DNA from: Cyanophora paradoxa CCMP329
Lineage: Eukaryota; Plantae; Glaucophyta
DNA length: 64,000 bases
Assembly: GCA_004431415.1 (NCBI GenBank)
Contig: QPMI01000244.1
Span: forward strand, 17,496-81,495
Direction: 5' to 3'
Made by a program: the position numbers and the translations under genes. Positions 51,966 to 63,262 of the stretch are shown here, piece after piece. Position 1 is the first letter of the stretch, and every line of letters begins with the position of its first letter. The notes under the pieces are model-generated. The model had not been told where the DNA came from. It made no database searches and worked only from the letters and a program-made list of their open reading frames with translations.

Positions 51966-54096
51966 ATGCCCCGCTTCGTATTCGTGAAAAAGCAGGTGGT
52001 GCAGGCTCCGCAGTATGGCGTGGAGCCGATCTCGCTGACTGTGGGCAGGCCCCAGGTGCGATCGGGCTCCGTGCTCAACAACGGGAACAGTACGTACGGC
52101 TTTCAGCTGAACTGGGTCGCGGTCACCAACGCCGTCAAGTACAAGGTGTACAGGGCGACCAGCATCAACGGCCCCTGGGATCTCGTGGCCACGGTGAATG
52201 CGCCAACCGTCACCTACACGGACTCTCCCTTTAGTTTGGGGCCCAGCGACTCTACCGCGTGGCGGCGGTTCGCGAACAGGGCAGCAGCAGCACGGGCTCT
52301 GATGGCAAAGCCCCGCCCACAACCTACGCACAGTCGCTTCTCTACACCCACGAGGGTGCCATGAGCAATTACATTCTCTTCCAAGGCATAGGCGGCTTCA
52401 GCCCGCAGATCGAAGCCTACACCACGCTCACGACCGCCACGGCCCAGACCTACGGCGATTTTATTGCCGGGGCGGCCCCGCGTCTTCGGGCTTCCCGAAA
52501 CCCGCCATAGTCGTCACAATCAACTGGGTGGCCATGGAGGCGCGGACTCGATTCGAATTTACAGGAACGGTACGCCAATCGGATTTGCGAGCAGTGCCCT
52601 GTCTACCTCGTACATTGACGATAGCACTGCTCTTACGTGGGGCACGGAATACTCTTACCAGGTGGCCGGCATCGTGGGCGGTGTCGAATACGACAAGTCC
52701 GATCCGCTCCTGGTCTGGACTATGCCAAACGCCCCACGAACGTGACGGCATCAGCACCCAACGACCAGCAGCAGCCTGTCAGCCTCAGCTGGACTGCGTC
52801 CACGGGAGCGACGGGATACAAGATTTACAGAGACGGGGCCTACCTCACAGACTCCGCGACCAACTCCTACAGCGACACGACCACCGTCTGGGGTACAGGG
52901 TACGAGTACCAGATCTCCGCGACGAACACGGGAGGGAGGGGCCGAAGAGTATTGCGGCGTACGTCACCACGGACCCGGGGGCGCCCACTGGGCTCACTGC
53001 AACCCCCGCGGCGGGGGCAGCACAGCCTGTTGTGCTCGAGTGGTCGGTGCCGGTGACGGGCGTCACCGTCTCCTACAACATCTACAGGGGTGGCGTGTTC
53101 CTTGCCAGCGACACGAGCAGCCCCTTTTCGGACACAACGACCGTTTACGGAACCACTTACACTTACACCATCAAGGGCGTCAACCAGATCGGCGAGGAAG
53201 GCCCTCAGTCCTCGTCTGCCAGTGCAACAACTGCAAACGCTCCTGTTTTGGGTACATTCTCCTACACCGGGGCCGACCAGACTTTCGTAGTACCAACGGG
53301 GACTGTGGCTGTGCGTGTCATCGTATGGGCGGCCGGGGTGGAGGCGGAGAACGCGCAGGTACGGGGTCCGTGGAGGCGCGGGTGCTTGCGTAGTTGGTAC
53401 ATTGGCTGTGTCCTCGGGGAGACGCTCATCCTTGTTGTTGGATGCGGCGGCCCAAAGGGTGTATCGGGACTGCCACTGCTACCGTCTACGGAGGTGGTGG
53501 AAGGGGCTGGAGCCATAGCGTCGATCCGGAGTACAAAAACGGCGCCGGTGGTGGTCGTTCTGCAATTCAGCGCGTTGCAGGGACCGACTTGGTTGTTGCA
53601 GGGCCGGAGGTGGGGGTACATGTGATTCGAATGGCGGCGGGGGAGTAGGCGGGGGTTGACCGGTGGTGCGGCTGGGTTGGTTGGAGTAACCGGAGAGATA
53701 CCGGCTCAAGGAGGCACCCAAACCGCTGGCGGAGCCGGTGTTGTGGCCTCAGGGGCCAGGCCCAGCAACCCGGGAACTTTGCGCCAAGGTGGAGAGACTG
53801 GGCCTGATTCAAGCGGCTACAGGTTCGGTGGTGGTGGTGGTGGTGGTTACTTCGGTGGAGGCTCTGGGTCCAGCAGGAGCGGAGTGTCAGAGAACCCAAT
53901 AGCAAGAATGTTTGGAGGTGGCGGTGGCTCGAGCTACATAGGAAACTTGACGGATGCTACGGTGTATCCTGGGTCCGGCCAGGTGGCAGGAAATAGCGGA
54001 GACGCTCACTACGCAGCAGGCATTGGTAGGGGCGGCAACGGTGGCTCGTCTTTCAGCGACGGTGGCAACGGTCGAATTGTGATACTCGCGGTGTAG
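51966..54096 (+). CDS. About 4 fibronectin type III repeats plus C-terminal glycine-rich domain (virion fibre/adhesin-like); several frameshifts
   Basis: LNWVAVTNAVKYKVYRATS; IRIYRNG..YIDD..TWGTEYSYQV; LSWTASTGATGYKIYRDG..YSD..YEYQISA; LEWSVP..SYNIYRGG..YTYTIKGVN; then FSYTGADQTFVVP...GGGGGGYFGGG...GGGGGSSYI...GGNGRIVI*. Confidence 0.85.
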
Positions 54097-54116
54097 TTAT
54101 TCCTAGTTGTTCCAGA

Positions 54117-55170
54117 TCAGCTCGCCAGTGCCGCTACCTGGTCTTTGAGAGTTTGAACTTCTTGTGAAAGTTCCTGAATTGCCTTCAACGACAGGGAAAT
54201 GAGCCTGTCGTAGTTTACCCCGAGAAATCCATCCGCGTTCTCGAAAACGAGACTCGGGAAGACGCCTTGGACTTCCTGTGCGATGAGACCGTAATCCGTT
54301 TTCGAACCCCCGAGGATGTGTTCTTCCAGGTGAACGACACGGGATTCAGCTGCAGCAGAAGAGGGAGAATGCCCGACATGCTCGCGACATTTTCTTTCAG
54401 GCGGCTATCGCTCGACGAGTTTGTCAGGTATCCTTGAGCATCCGAATAAACGGCTCGGTTTCCATCGCCCGTGAGCGTCGAGACGATGAGCCGACCCGTG
54501 ATGCCAACGCCGACGGTTCCGCACAGCAGTCGTTCGGTGCCGTTGTTTCTCAAGGATAGACCAGAGCTGACGCTTCCGCTATCAACGATTGAAGTGTTTG
54601 CTATGCTTAGGCCATTAGTAGGGCCTTCGATTGCCGAGGTAAATAGAGTACCTGTAACACCAACGCCAAGAGTCCCACAGAGGAGTCTATCGTTTCGTTG
54701 TACTTTATAGCTACGCCTGAACCACCGCCATTTATGTACGGTGACGTTCCGGTAATTTGCAGCTTATCGTCCAATGTAACGATGCCGCCAAGTTTGAAGC
54801 CCCGCTCACCCTAAGCCCCCCACCACGTTTGCTCCGCCTCCTTGCACATACAGAGCCGCATTCCCCTCCCGTTCACAGTCCCATTAAAGGTCACCTGATT
54901 CGTGGTGTACCCGCTCCCGTCCCAGGCCCCGTTCGTGACGGTGAGCCTCTGCGTCCTCACGCGCCCCGGCACGGCCGACCCGCCTCCCGCGTGCGCATCT
55001 TGTCGCAGCGCAGCTCGCCGACGCGGACGAGGTCGGCCTCGGAAAAGGGACGGCCGTGGCGTTGTAGGGGCCTCGGTGGCCTGGTTTCCGAGGGTGGTCT
55101 CCTTAATCGTGTGATCGCCCTTGTGATTCACGCTGGCAGCATAGGTAAATAGAGGGACAGCGACCGACAT
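54117..55170 (-). CDS. Fibre protein with C-terminal peptidase S74 intramolecular chaperone; frameshifted
   Basis: SSDSRLKENV...LLQLNPVSFTWK...YGLIAQEVQGVFPSLV...LGVNYDRLISLSLKAIQELSQEVQTLK; duplicated RLLCGTxGVGxTG segments upstream; AAAAATG start. Confidence 0.88.
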
Positions 55171-55194
55171 TTTTGGATTGCATCAGAAAATCGA

Positions 55195-56170
55195 TTACAT
55201 AAGCAGCTTGCCGATCGCGGTCCAATGAATAAAAAGCTGGACAATTTGGGTGGGCGTGACCGTCATTCTGGGTTGGAATCTCACTTTAACTGTAAAGCCA
55301 GTGTGACTCACCGCCGTGACGTTGGCCCCGTAGAAATCGACATCCGTGCTGCCGCCGGATTGATGTCGAACGAGGGGTTACGTTAATAACCGGCGTTGGG
55401 TTTGCTGGGGTCCCCAGTCCGCCTCCAGTGTCGTACGCCTGTCCGAATGTAATGTTGAACGTCACCGTGTATGTTGAATTGATGTTAAACTCCGTGTACG
55501 CAGCGTAGGAGTGGAAGGACGTGCCGTGCGTTATGTACGCATCCATGTTCACGTTTCTGTGCCCGTGGCTGGTGAGCGAGTACTCTGTGTGACTGTGCGT
55601 AGAGGGTGGGAAGGAAGTGGGTCGGTCGATGACATTATCCCAGTACACATTGTGACTGTGTGTAGAGGGGGGAAGGTAAGTGGCTTGCCCGTTACGTTGT
55701 CCCAATCCACGGAGATGTTCGTCAAGTCCGGGGCCGTCCAGTCGCTGATCTGAGAGATGGTGTGCTGGTGGTCTGCGTGGGATACGTACTCGGCTTCCCC
55801 GTGATGCTATCCCACGCCCACGTTGTTGGTATCACGGGTATCGTCGGCCTCCCGCTGAGATCTGCATACGCCCCGTGTGTGCCACCGTCGCCAGCTGCGG
55901 CACGGCAACGCCCACGGTGCTCACGGCCTGGCTCGCCCCCGGCGCCATGTGCCACTCGTAGTTCTGCGATGCAAACACGGGCTGGCCTGGCTCGGGCGCC
56001 CAGTACTCGATGCCTTTGGCGATCTTCTTGGTGTATGGTGCTGCAGGCCTGTCAACCAATTTATCGACGTAGGCCTTGGGTACCAGCCAGTTTGCCTTGG
56101 GGCTCTGCGAATTGATCCCGTTGTCTATGAAGGCCCGTAATTCCTGAAGGCCTCGGCCTCCCACCAATCC
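55195..56170 (-). CDS. Tail-fibre-like region with phage fibre repeats and gp53/H-lectin-like C-terminus; may be the 3' end of the upstream giant gene
   Basis: LATVAHTG.YADLSGRPTIP; WDSITGKPSTYP; WDNV..RPTSFPPSTHSH-type repeat twice; VTFNITF..AY..PVINVTP..NVTAVSHTGFTVKV..HWTAIG; TAA at 55195-55197. Confidence 0.75.
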
Positions 56171-59100
56171 TGCATGCGGAAGGTCCCGGAATCTCGAGGC
56201 GCGAGTTGGCGTCCGCCAGGCGGGCCACCTGCGCCCCTCCGTTCGACGAGACGCCCGAGTGACGGATGGCCGAGCCGAATTCGCGCCTTAGGGCTTCGAT
56301 GTGATTGATCCTGTTGAGGCCCTCCTGGTAGACGGCAATTAAGACGCGCTTCCGCCCTTGGTCTCCTCCTTTATCATCTGCTTCAGGTCGCGCATAAGTC
56401 GACTCAGGGCGAGCGAAGTCGACCCGAAGCCTCCTGCATTTTAACGGTGAGCTGGAGAGGAAGAGCACGGTCGCGCGATCGATTTCGAGCAGGGTCTTCT
56501 GGTCCTTGGGGGTACGGTAATCGTTGATGCTGTTGTCGAGCGCGCGAATGAAGGCCTGCAGCTCCTTCGGCTCCTTGATTTCGTTTAACCGCAGCTCCTG
56601 GGCCAAGAGCGAGGCCATTTCGCGCGCCTCCGAGGGTCGTACACACCCAAAATCCGGAGCCCAGCTCGCCCTCCAGCCGATTAATTCGGTTGCGCAGCTG
56701 GCTCGCCTCGTCGCCCCACGTCTCGACGCCCCAGTCGTAGATCTGTTGCGAGAGCTCCGCGATGAACTGTATGGTGTCGGTCGCCCAGTCGACGGGGTAC
56801 TTGAAAAAGTTCTTCACGATTTCTTCCGCGCTGCGCCCGTTGATGATATCCACGATCACCTGCGCGATGGCGCCCGCGAGGATGGACAGGCCAAGTCCGC
56901 CCACCGTGCCGATCCTCATTTTCGTGAGGGCGCTCAGGGCGGACGACATGCCCGTCTGAAGGCCAAAAGAGCCGACCGTCATGATCATCTGATCGCGGAA
57001 CGTATCGAAGAACTCGCCTCCCTATCTTGCCCTGCGAGAGCGCCTGGTAGGCCGAGAGCAGCCGCCGGCCGTCGCCAGCCAAGGCCCGCCGCCGCCGCGC
57101 CCGCCCGCCGCATGGCCCGCGAGCCCGTACCCCCGAGCCCGGCGCCCACCAAGTCGATGCCCGCCCCCTGAAATAAATCGGCTGCCCGAAAGACATGCCG
57201 TCGTTGTTCGCCGTACCCGCCGCCGAGAAGAGCGTCTCGGCGCTGAGGGCCTCCTTGGCCACCCGGGCCGCCTTGCCCTCGGGCGCCCCAGGTACGCGTC
57301 GCGCTGCTCTTGGTGGTGAATCGCTCGAGGTCGAAATCGGCGAGGGCGTCGGCGGTGGCGCGGTTCCAGTCGCCGTAGGCATGAGGCGTTGCGCAAAATA
57401 ACGTCCGAGTCGCCCATCACGCGCCTGTCGAGCGTCTGAAACACGCCCTCGGAGGGCAGGCGGGCGGTGCCGGGCGCATCTCCTCCACGGAAACGTCGTC
57501 CCTCTCCGCGAGTGTGATGTCGTCTGGGCTGGCCAAGCCGACGCCGCGCCCTCATCGGCGTACGCCCTTCCCTTCGTTTTAATATTTGATTGGCCTCCCG
57601 TTTCAATGCTTGGTACTCTGTCTCTACCTTGGTCTTTCTTGCCTCTTCCTCTGCCGCCTTGCGCTCTGCGATCTTCCGCCTCTGCTCTTCTATCTCGGCG
57701 TTGCGTCTCGCCGCGTTCTCCTTCGCCTGCTGCTTCCGCTCTTCAATCACCCTGTTTGCGTACTCCTTGTCCGCTTGGGCCTTTCTGTAGCGCTCCTCGA
57801 TCTGACTCTTGCCTCGTCTCCTCTCTTCCTTAGATCGCCCATGAATGCCGTCGTATCTATGTGAATCTTGTATTTGGCGGTGGGTGCTCACGTTTGAAGG
57901 CCTCCAGATCGCGCACCATGGCATCGTACTGCGCGAGCCCCTCCGCTGGAATGATGGCTCTTCGCATTTCCCAAAATTTGCTCAGCTTGCCCACGTAATC
58001 GACCATGGAGAGGTACGCGCTCTGTGCGCCCGCGCTCACCGTTTTCGGATTGGCTCGCAGCTCTGCCACAAACTTTCCCTTTTGCATCCGGTACAGTGAC
58101 CATTCGAGGGCTCCCCGCCATAGGCTCACTTCCGTCCGCAGTTCGCGGTGCATCTCCTCCACGTCGCCGTATGCTATCCAGATGGCATCGCTGATGGGCT
58201 CTGAACAGCCTGACGCTCAAAGTTTTTCCACTTCTCATCGGCCATCTTTCTCCTCAGTTCTTCGGCGTCTTTCTGACCCCTTCCCGTCAGCTGATCCATA
58301 ACGTAGCTAAAGTCGCGCATGTTCTCTTCCATGGCGCGGACCCTGTCCCCGATGCATTTCTTCTTTCAGTTTTTTGAGCTCCGAGCGGTAAAAATCCATC
58401 TGCGCCCCCTGAACGTCTCCAGTCGTCGCTTACGCTCCGCTACCTTCGGCTCCTCCAGCCGTGCAAATTCCTCGTCTGATGCAGTTTGCATTGCCTTCAG
58501 TCGTTCTCTTCTGTCTTGGCAGCTGCCTCCTCGTCCGCCCTGCGCCGCTGCTCTAACGCGTCGAAGAGGGCCCTCTGATCCTCGAGCGTGAGGCCAATGA
58601 GCTCTTCCACCTGGTCGCTCCTACCCAGCCGCGCGAAGGCAGCCTCTCGGCGGCCGGCCTCGGATCGGGCCTCGGCGTCGTCTGCGTCTCGGCCGTCCCA
58701 TGGGCGAGCGAGCCTCTGCCGTGGCCGCGTACTTGAGCAGCCTCTGTGCCAGCTCGTCCGCGTTGGCCTTGAATTTTTTCGACTGCTCGTCCGCGCGCTC
58801 GGCGGCCTCCTTTAAATTTTTGATTTCTCCCGGAGCCTGTTCGCCTCCTGCACCGCCCCGTTTGCAGCTCTCCTGCCTTTCTCCTCGTTTCCTCTTCTCT
58901 TCCAGCAGCTGCCTTCTCGTCTCTGCCTCCTTTTCCAATTTCTTCTTCCTATCCTCGATCTCTTCCTCTGCGCCTCAAGCAGCTCGGTGCCTGCGGTCAG
59001 CGCTTCAATTTCCTGCAGCTTTTTCGCCTTGGCGGCTTCCTTTGCTCGTTTATCCTCTTCAGCTCCTCCTCGGCGTCGAGTATCTTTTCGTGCGCTCTTC

Positions 59101-60334
59101 CGCGACCTGGCGCTCTGCCGACCTTAGCGCGGTGAGGGCGCTCTCTTCCTGCCTTTGCGCGTCTGTCATCAGCTTGTTCGCTTCCGCCTTCTTCTCCGCG
59201 ACCTCTGTCATTTCCTTGTCTTTCAGCTCGCTCCATTGCTTCTTTTCGTTCTCGAGTTTGTAGTACTCGCGCTGCGCGTCCTCGGTATCGAATTTAATGG
59301 GGGTCTCGCGTTCAGCTCGTCGATTTGCCTCACGAACCCCTTCCGATCCTTGTAGTATTGATGCGCCTACGATGAGGGCGCCCCGAAGATGGCCGTTGAA
59401 GTGGCGAGCCTGCTACCTTATCATGCCTCCCGCCTGAGCCGCCGCACCCGAGCCGCTGCTGCCCCGCCCCGCCCACTGGCGTGCCGCTGGAGCCCCTCCG
59501 CCCCCCGTGCCTGTACCCCCACCCCGGTGCCTGTACCCCCACCCCCGGTGCCTGTACCCCACCTCCCGTGCTTCCACCACCCGTACCCCACCGGAATCGC
59601 ACCCGGCACCTTGGGCCGCCGATGATGTCGTCGTACAGGTGCGGTGCGCCCAGTCCGTGATGTCGGCCTTCACGTGCGGGTGCTTGACGAGGGCGTACCT
59701 CTCGTCGTGGAAGTGGTCCTTCAGCGCCCAGTTCTGCGTCTTCGCCCAGTCCGAGCGATCGGGGAGCACGTCGGGCGCCGTTGGGATGCGGCCCCGCCCG
59801 TCGTCTCCGGCGTCTCGCCCGTCCTGTCGGCGCTCAGGGCGCGGATGTTGACCTTGAAGTGGTCGAACCACGCGAAAAACTCCTCCCTGTCGCGCCTGTA
59901 CTGCTCGGGCTCCATGCTCGGCAGCGCCTGGCGGCTCCAGTAGATGTGGCGCAGGGGCCCGCGATGCGCTCGAGTGCGTTGTACCCGGCCTCACGTCTCC
60001 CTCTGCCCCTTTAGAGTCAGTTTCACGAGGTTCAGGGTGGCATCCTTTGCGGTGACCGAGTTTGCGATTTTCACGTCGGCCGCCCTCTTGATAATGTTCC
60101 AGTCCACGCCCGTCTCGGTCGTCACGCCCCAGAGCCCCTGATAATTGCGGTGAGGTCACGTAATCGTCCAAGGTACCGACGGACGTCAGGAATCGCTGTA
60201 GGTCGCGCCTTGCGCAGCCTTATCTCATCCGCGTAAATTCCCCTCACGCTCAGGCTCCCGTCTATCGCGAAGGCACCGTTCAGCACCTCGTCCGGATTCG
60301 GATGGCCATGCGCAGGGTCGTCGAGCATCGACAT
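56171..60334 (-). CDS. Very large coiled-coil protein (tape-measure/core-like); heavily frameshifted
   Basis: TAAATG start MSMLDDPAHGHP; HPHVKADITDWAH fibre-type repeat; GTGTGGG linker (~59510-59590); >1.5 kb of E/K/R/A heptad-like sequence; hydrophobic IGTVGGLGLSILAGAIAQVIVDII segment. The single-gene model is inference. Confidence 0.55.
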
Positions 60335-60353
60335 TTATCCGCGAGAGAGAAAA

Positions 60354-60818
60354 TTAACTAATGCTCGCGTCCCACGTCCACTTCAGCTTGCGCTCACCTC
60401 GCCCGTTGTCCAGCGGCCCACGGGCACTGCCAGAAAACGTCGGCGTAGGGGTAATCGGCCTGATAGTGATCTGCTCGTCACGCAGCCAGCGGTAGGCCTC
60501 GAGGCGTCGCGAATCTTTGGCTCCAGTATTCCCCACCGTGCCGTTCGCAGCGAGTACCCCTCCTTGCTACCGTACCTGTAAAAGTGATCGCCCATTAGCG
60601 TGTCTACCCCCTGTACTCGAATTCTACGATTAAGGCCAAGTCCTGCCATGCGCTCTCACCGAGACGGATGTGACTGAGGCTGTGCAGCAGCCCGTATTTA
60701 ATTGGACCAGAGGCGGTTACAAGATCGACTCTGTAAGTAAGGGGAGGGGTAGCCAGGCACGCCCGTAAAGGTACGCGTCTTGACGCCGAGCCTTTCGCGG
60801 GAATATGATCAGGCGCAT
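60354..60818 (-). CDS. Hypothetical viral protein (frameshifted)
   Basis: TAAATG start; overlapping ORF fragments join to ...KLKWTWDASIS*. Confidence 0.45.
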
Positions 60819-60847
60819 TTAAGGGGGCCTGCGAAAATCTAGTCGGC

Positions 60848-61291
60848 CTACTTAGCGTAGGCCCAGAGGCCGAAGTTCTTGACGATGAAGGCGTTGTTCT
60901 TCTTGGTGGCGCCCGTGATGTCGGTGAAGCGCACGCGCAGCTCCTGGAATTTGTCGTACGCGACGTAATTCGGGCGCACGGCCATGGGCACCTCGAACCA
61001 GTAAAGGATGTGTTTTCCAGGCCGTCGTGGCCCACGTCGGAATCACGACCTGTTGATGCACGCGTTCACGTTCGAGATGGTCGTGACGTTCAATCGGGCA
61101 CGTCCATCAGCAGCACGTTTACGGTTTTCGCGGCGGTGGGGTCCGGAATCGCGGTCGTGTCCAGCTCCAGGTAGACTCCCTTGATCTGCAGCGTGTCGAT
61201 GTCGGAGGGGATCTGGTTCAGCCTGAGGCGCCAGAAGCCTCGGATCCTGCGTCTCTCCGTTCGACTGGACGTAGAGGTTAACGCAGGACAT
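60848..61291 (-). CDS. Putative minor capsid (penton, single jelly-roll)-like protein, ~145 aa; frameshifted
   Basis: Joined fragments MSCVNLYVQS..FWRLRLNQIPSDIDTLQIKGVYL..VLLMDVP.LN...VVIP...KFQELRVRFTDITG...FIV show alternating beta-strand pattern and a late strand ending in DxxG, as in PLV/NCLDV pentons. Confidence 0.5.
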
Positions 61292-61878
61292 TATTTAGGG
61301 CCTTAGGAGGGCTGAGAATTAAGCCGCTTCGGTCCATGTTCAGGAGGGTGGGCCCACGAAGTAGTAGCCCGCGAATTGTGCGAGGAGGATCCGCAGCAGG
61401 TAGTACGCGCGGGCGACATGTACGCAACGGCGCGAGGGTCAGGAGGCTGCCAGGTAGCGCGAATCGCTGAGGATGTTGTCGAGCTCGGCAGGACATCATT
61501 CTCGGTTTAAGGCCCTTCAGAAATTTACTTGGGCATGAAGAATTCCTGACGCGCTCTCCCTCCTCGTGCAGCGCCCACTGCAGCGGTCGATGACGGCGGC
61601 CATCACGGGCGGGCTCGCGGCGGGGTTTTTCGCGTACGCCTGGCGTCCTCTGCATCTGGGGGTGGTACTGCTCGACCCGCTTGGCGTAGCTCGCGATGGC
61701 GCGGCGGGTGCACGATCCAGGTCAGCCGCCATTTCCGCCGGTGCCTTCGGCTGCTGCTGCTTCTTTCGCGCGTAGTCTAGAAGCCAAGGTAGGCCGTGGT
61801 GCTGCTGCTGGTGCTGGTGTTGGTGGACGATTGATCCTCGGCGCTGGGGGCTGGTGTCGCGGGAGTCTCCATTTCCAT
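61292..61878 (-). CDS. Hypothetical viral protein (frameshifted)
   Basis: MEMETPATPAPSAEDQ...; fragments AIASYAKRVEQYHPQM, KFLKGL, VAYMSPA, YYLLRILLAQFAGYYF (hydrophobic C-terminal helix). Confidence 0.4.
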
Positions 61879-62153
61879 GTTCTCTAGAAAAACGCGTACC
61901 GGTCTGCGTCATCTGAATGTCCACGTGGTGCGGGCCTATGTTCTGACGCTCTCGGCCTCTGCTCGGGGGGGCTCGGCTGGGCTGCCCGCGGCGCACGACC
62001 CTAAGGGCCGCCGCTCAGGGCGCCAGCACGGTGTTGGGGCGCACTCGCTCCGTGCGCCAGCAGTCGGAAATCAGGAGAGCGCGCCGCATACGACGGTGAT
62101 GACGTCCGAGTGGGTGCATCCCCCTGGAACATCTTGCGGGCGCGTCAGATTAA

Positions 62154-63262
62154 TTAACGCGGCCCTGCCCCTTCCGCGCCCCTGCCCTTTCCGCGCCGCG
62201 GCCCAGCCTCGATCTCGGCGGCTGCGGCGCGAAGCGCGGATCGTCGAGGGGCGGACTCCGTCTGGAAGATGGAGAAGAGGTAGCCGTCCGTGTTGTTGTC
62301 GGTGTTATTCTGGTTGCGCGCGTGCGACCACTGCTTCAGCAGGTCGCGCCGCTGCGTTCGGGCAGCGTCTTCGTGAGGTATCCTGCAGCCGCCCGCCGTA
62401 ATTTCTCCGGAATCAGCTCGGCGAGGATGGTGGGCGGTCTTTCCCATGCGTTCTCCCCCGTTCAGGTCGTCGATGAGCTCGCGTTCTGCAGGATTCTCTC
62501 CGCGTCTGCCCCGCCTCTTGCTGCAGCTGCTCACCAGCCTCCTTCCGGCTCCGCGAATTTGCGCCAGAATTTCGCCACCTCTCGTAGACGGTTGTCGTAC
62601 CCGGCTCCTTTTCCTTGAGTACACGACCCAATGTACTTTGCCCAGAGCACCTGCAGGTTCGATATGTGGTCGATCGTGACGAGCACGTGGGCGTGCAAGC
62701 AGCGTCGGTCGGCCCCACTTCCACGCCCCCTGCACGCGAATTCCGATGATGGCGTTTGAAAGGTATCGTCCTTGTACTTGCCGTCCTCTTCCTTTAAATT
62801 AATCGAATGAACTTGTAGAATTCGGCGTCGAGAGCACTGGGCCAGGCTGCCGCGGAAGGCCTCCACCTCGAATTCTCTCGCGGGCCAGCCTCTTGTGTGT
62901 GTTGAAGAGCACCAGTACGCGACTGGCGCGCCTGTCGAATATCGTAGCGCGTGCTGCCGTCGGCGTTCTTTTTGTTGAGGATGAAACCGAGCGGCCGTCT
63001 CGTTGATTTCGGTGATGACCTTTTCGAGCGCTCAGCCCGTTGGCCCTCGCGGCTGCAGCCCGTTTTCGTCTTTTCTATGTTCTCCCTCACTCGTCGATTT
63101 CCTTAGGATCTCGTCGATCTGCTCATGTCGGGCGCGGCGATATCCTGCTTCCTAATTTTCCTGGCCGAACCCGGCGCGATGGTCGATGGCCGAAGGCGGC
63201 GGCCATATCCTTGGCGGATTTCGAGGCCTTCGTCTTCGGGCCGCCCAGCACCGTCTGCGCCA
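62154..63262 (-). CDS. HUH-superfamily rolling-circle endonuclease (Rep-like); frameshifted
   Basis: Motif I-like VLFNTHK (~62892-62912); GVEVGP then LHAHVLVTIDH (HUH at ~62681-62698); catalytic-type YLTK (62369-62380), all in canonical order. Start uncertain. Confidence 0.78.

Noticed and set aside
51966-60334. Bacterial prophage contamination
   Set aside because: Starts are A-rich AAATG without evident Shine-Dalgarno motifs, and no terminase, portal or lysis genes were seen. Not fully excluded without junction reads.
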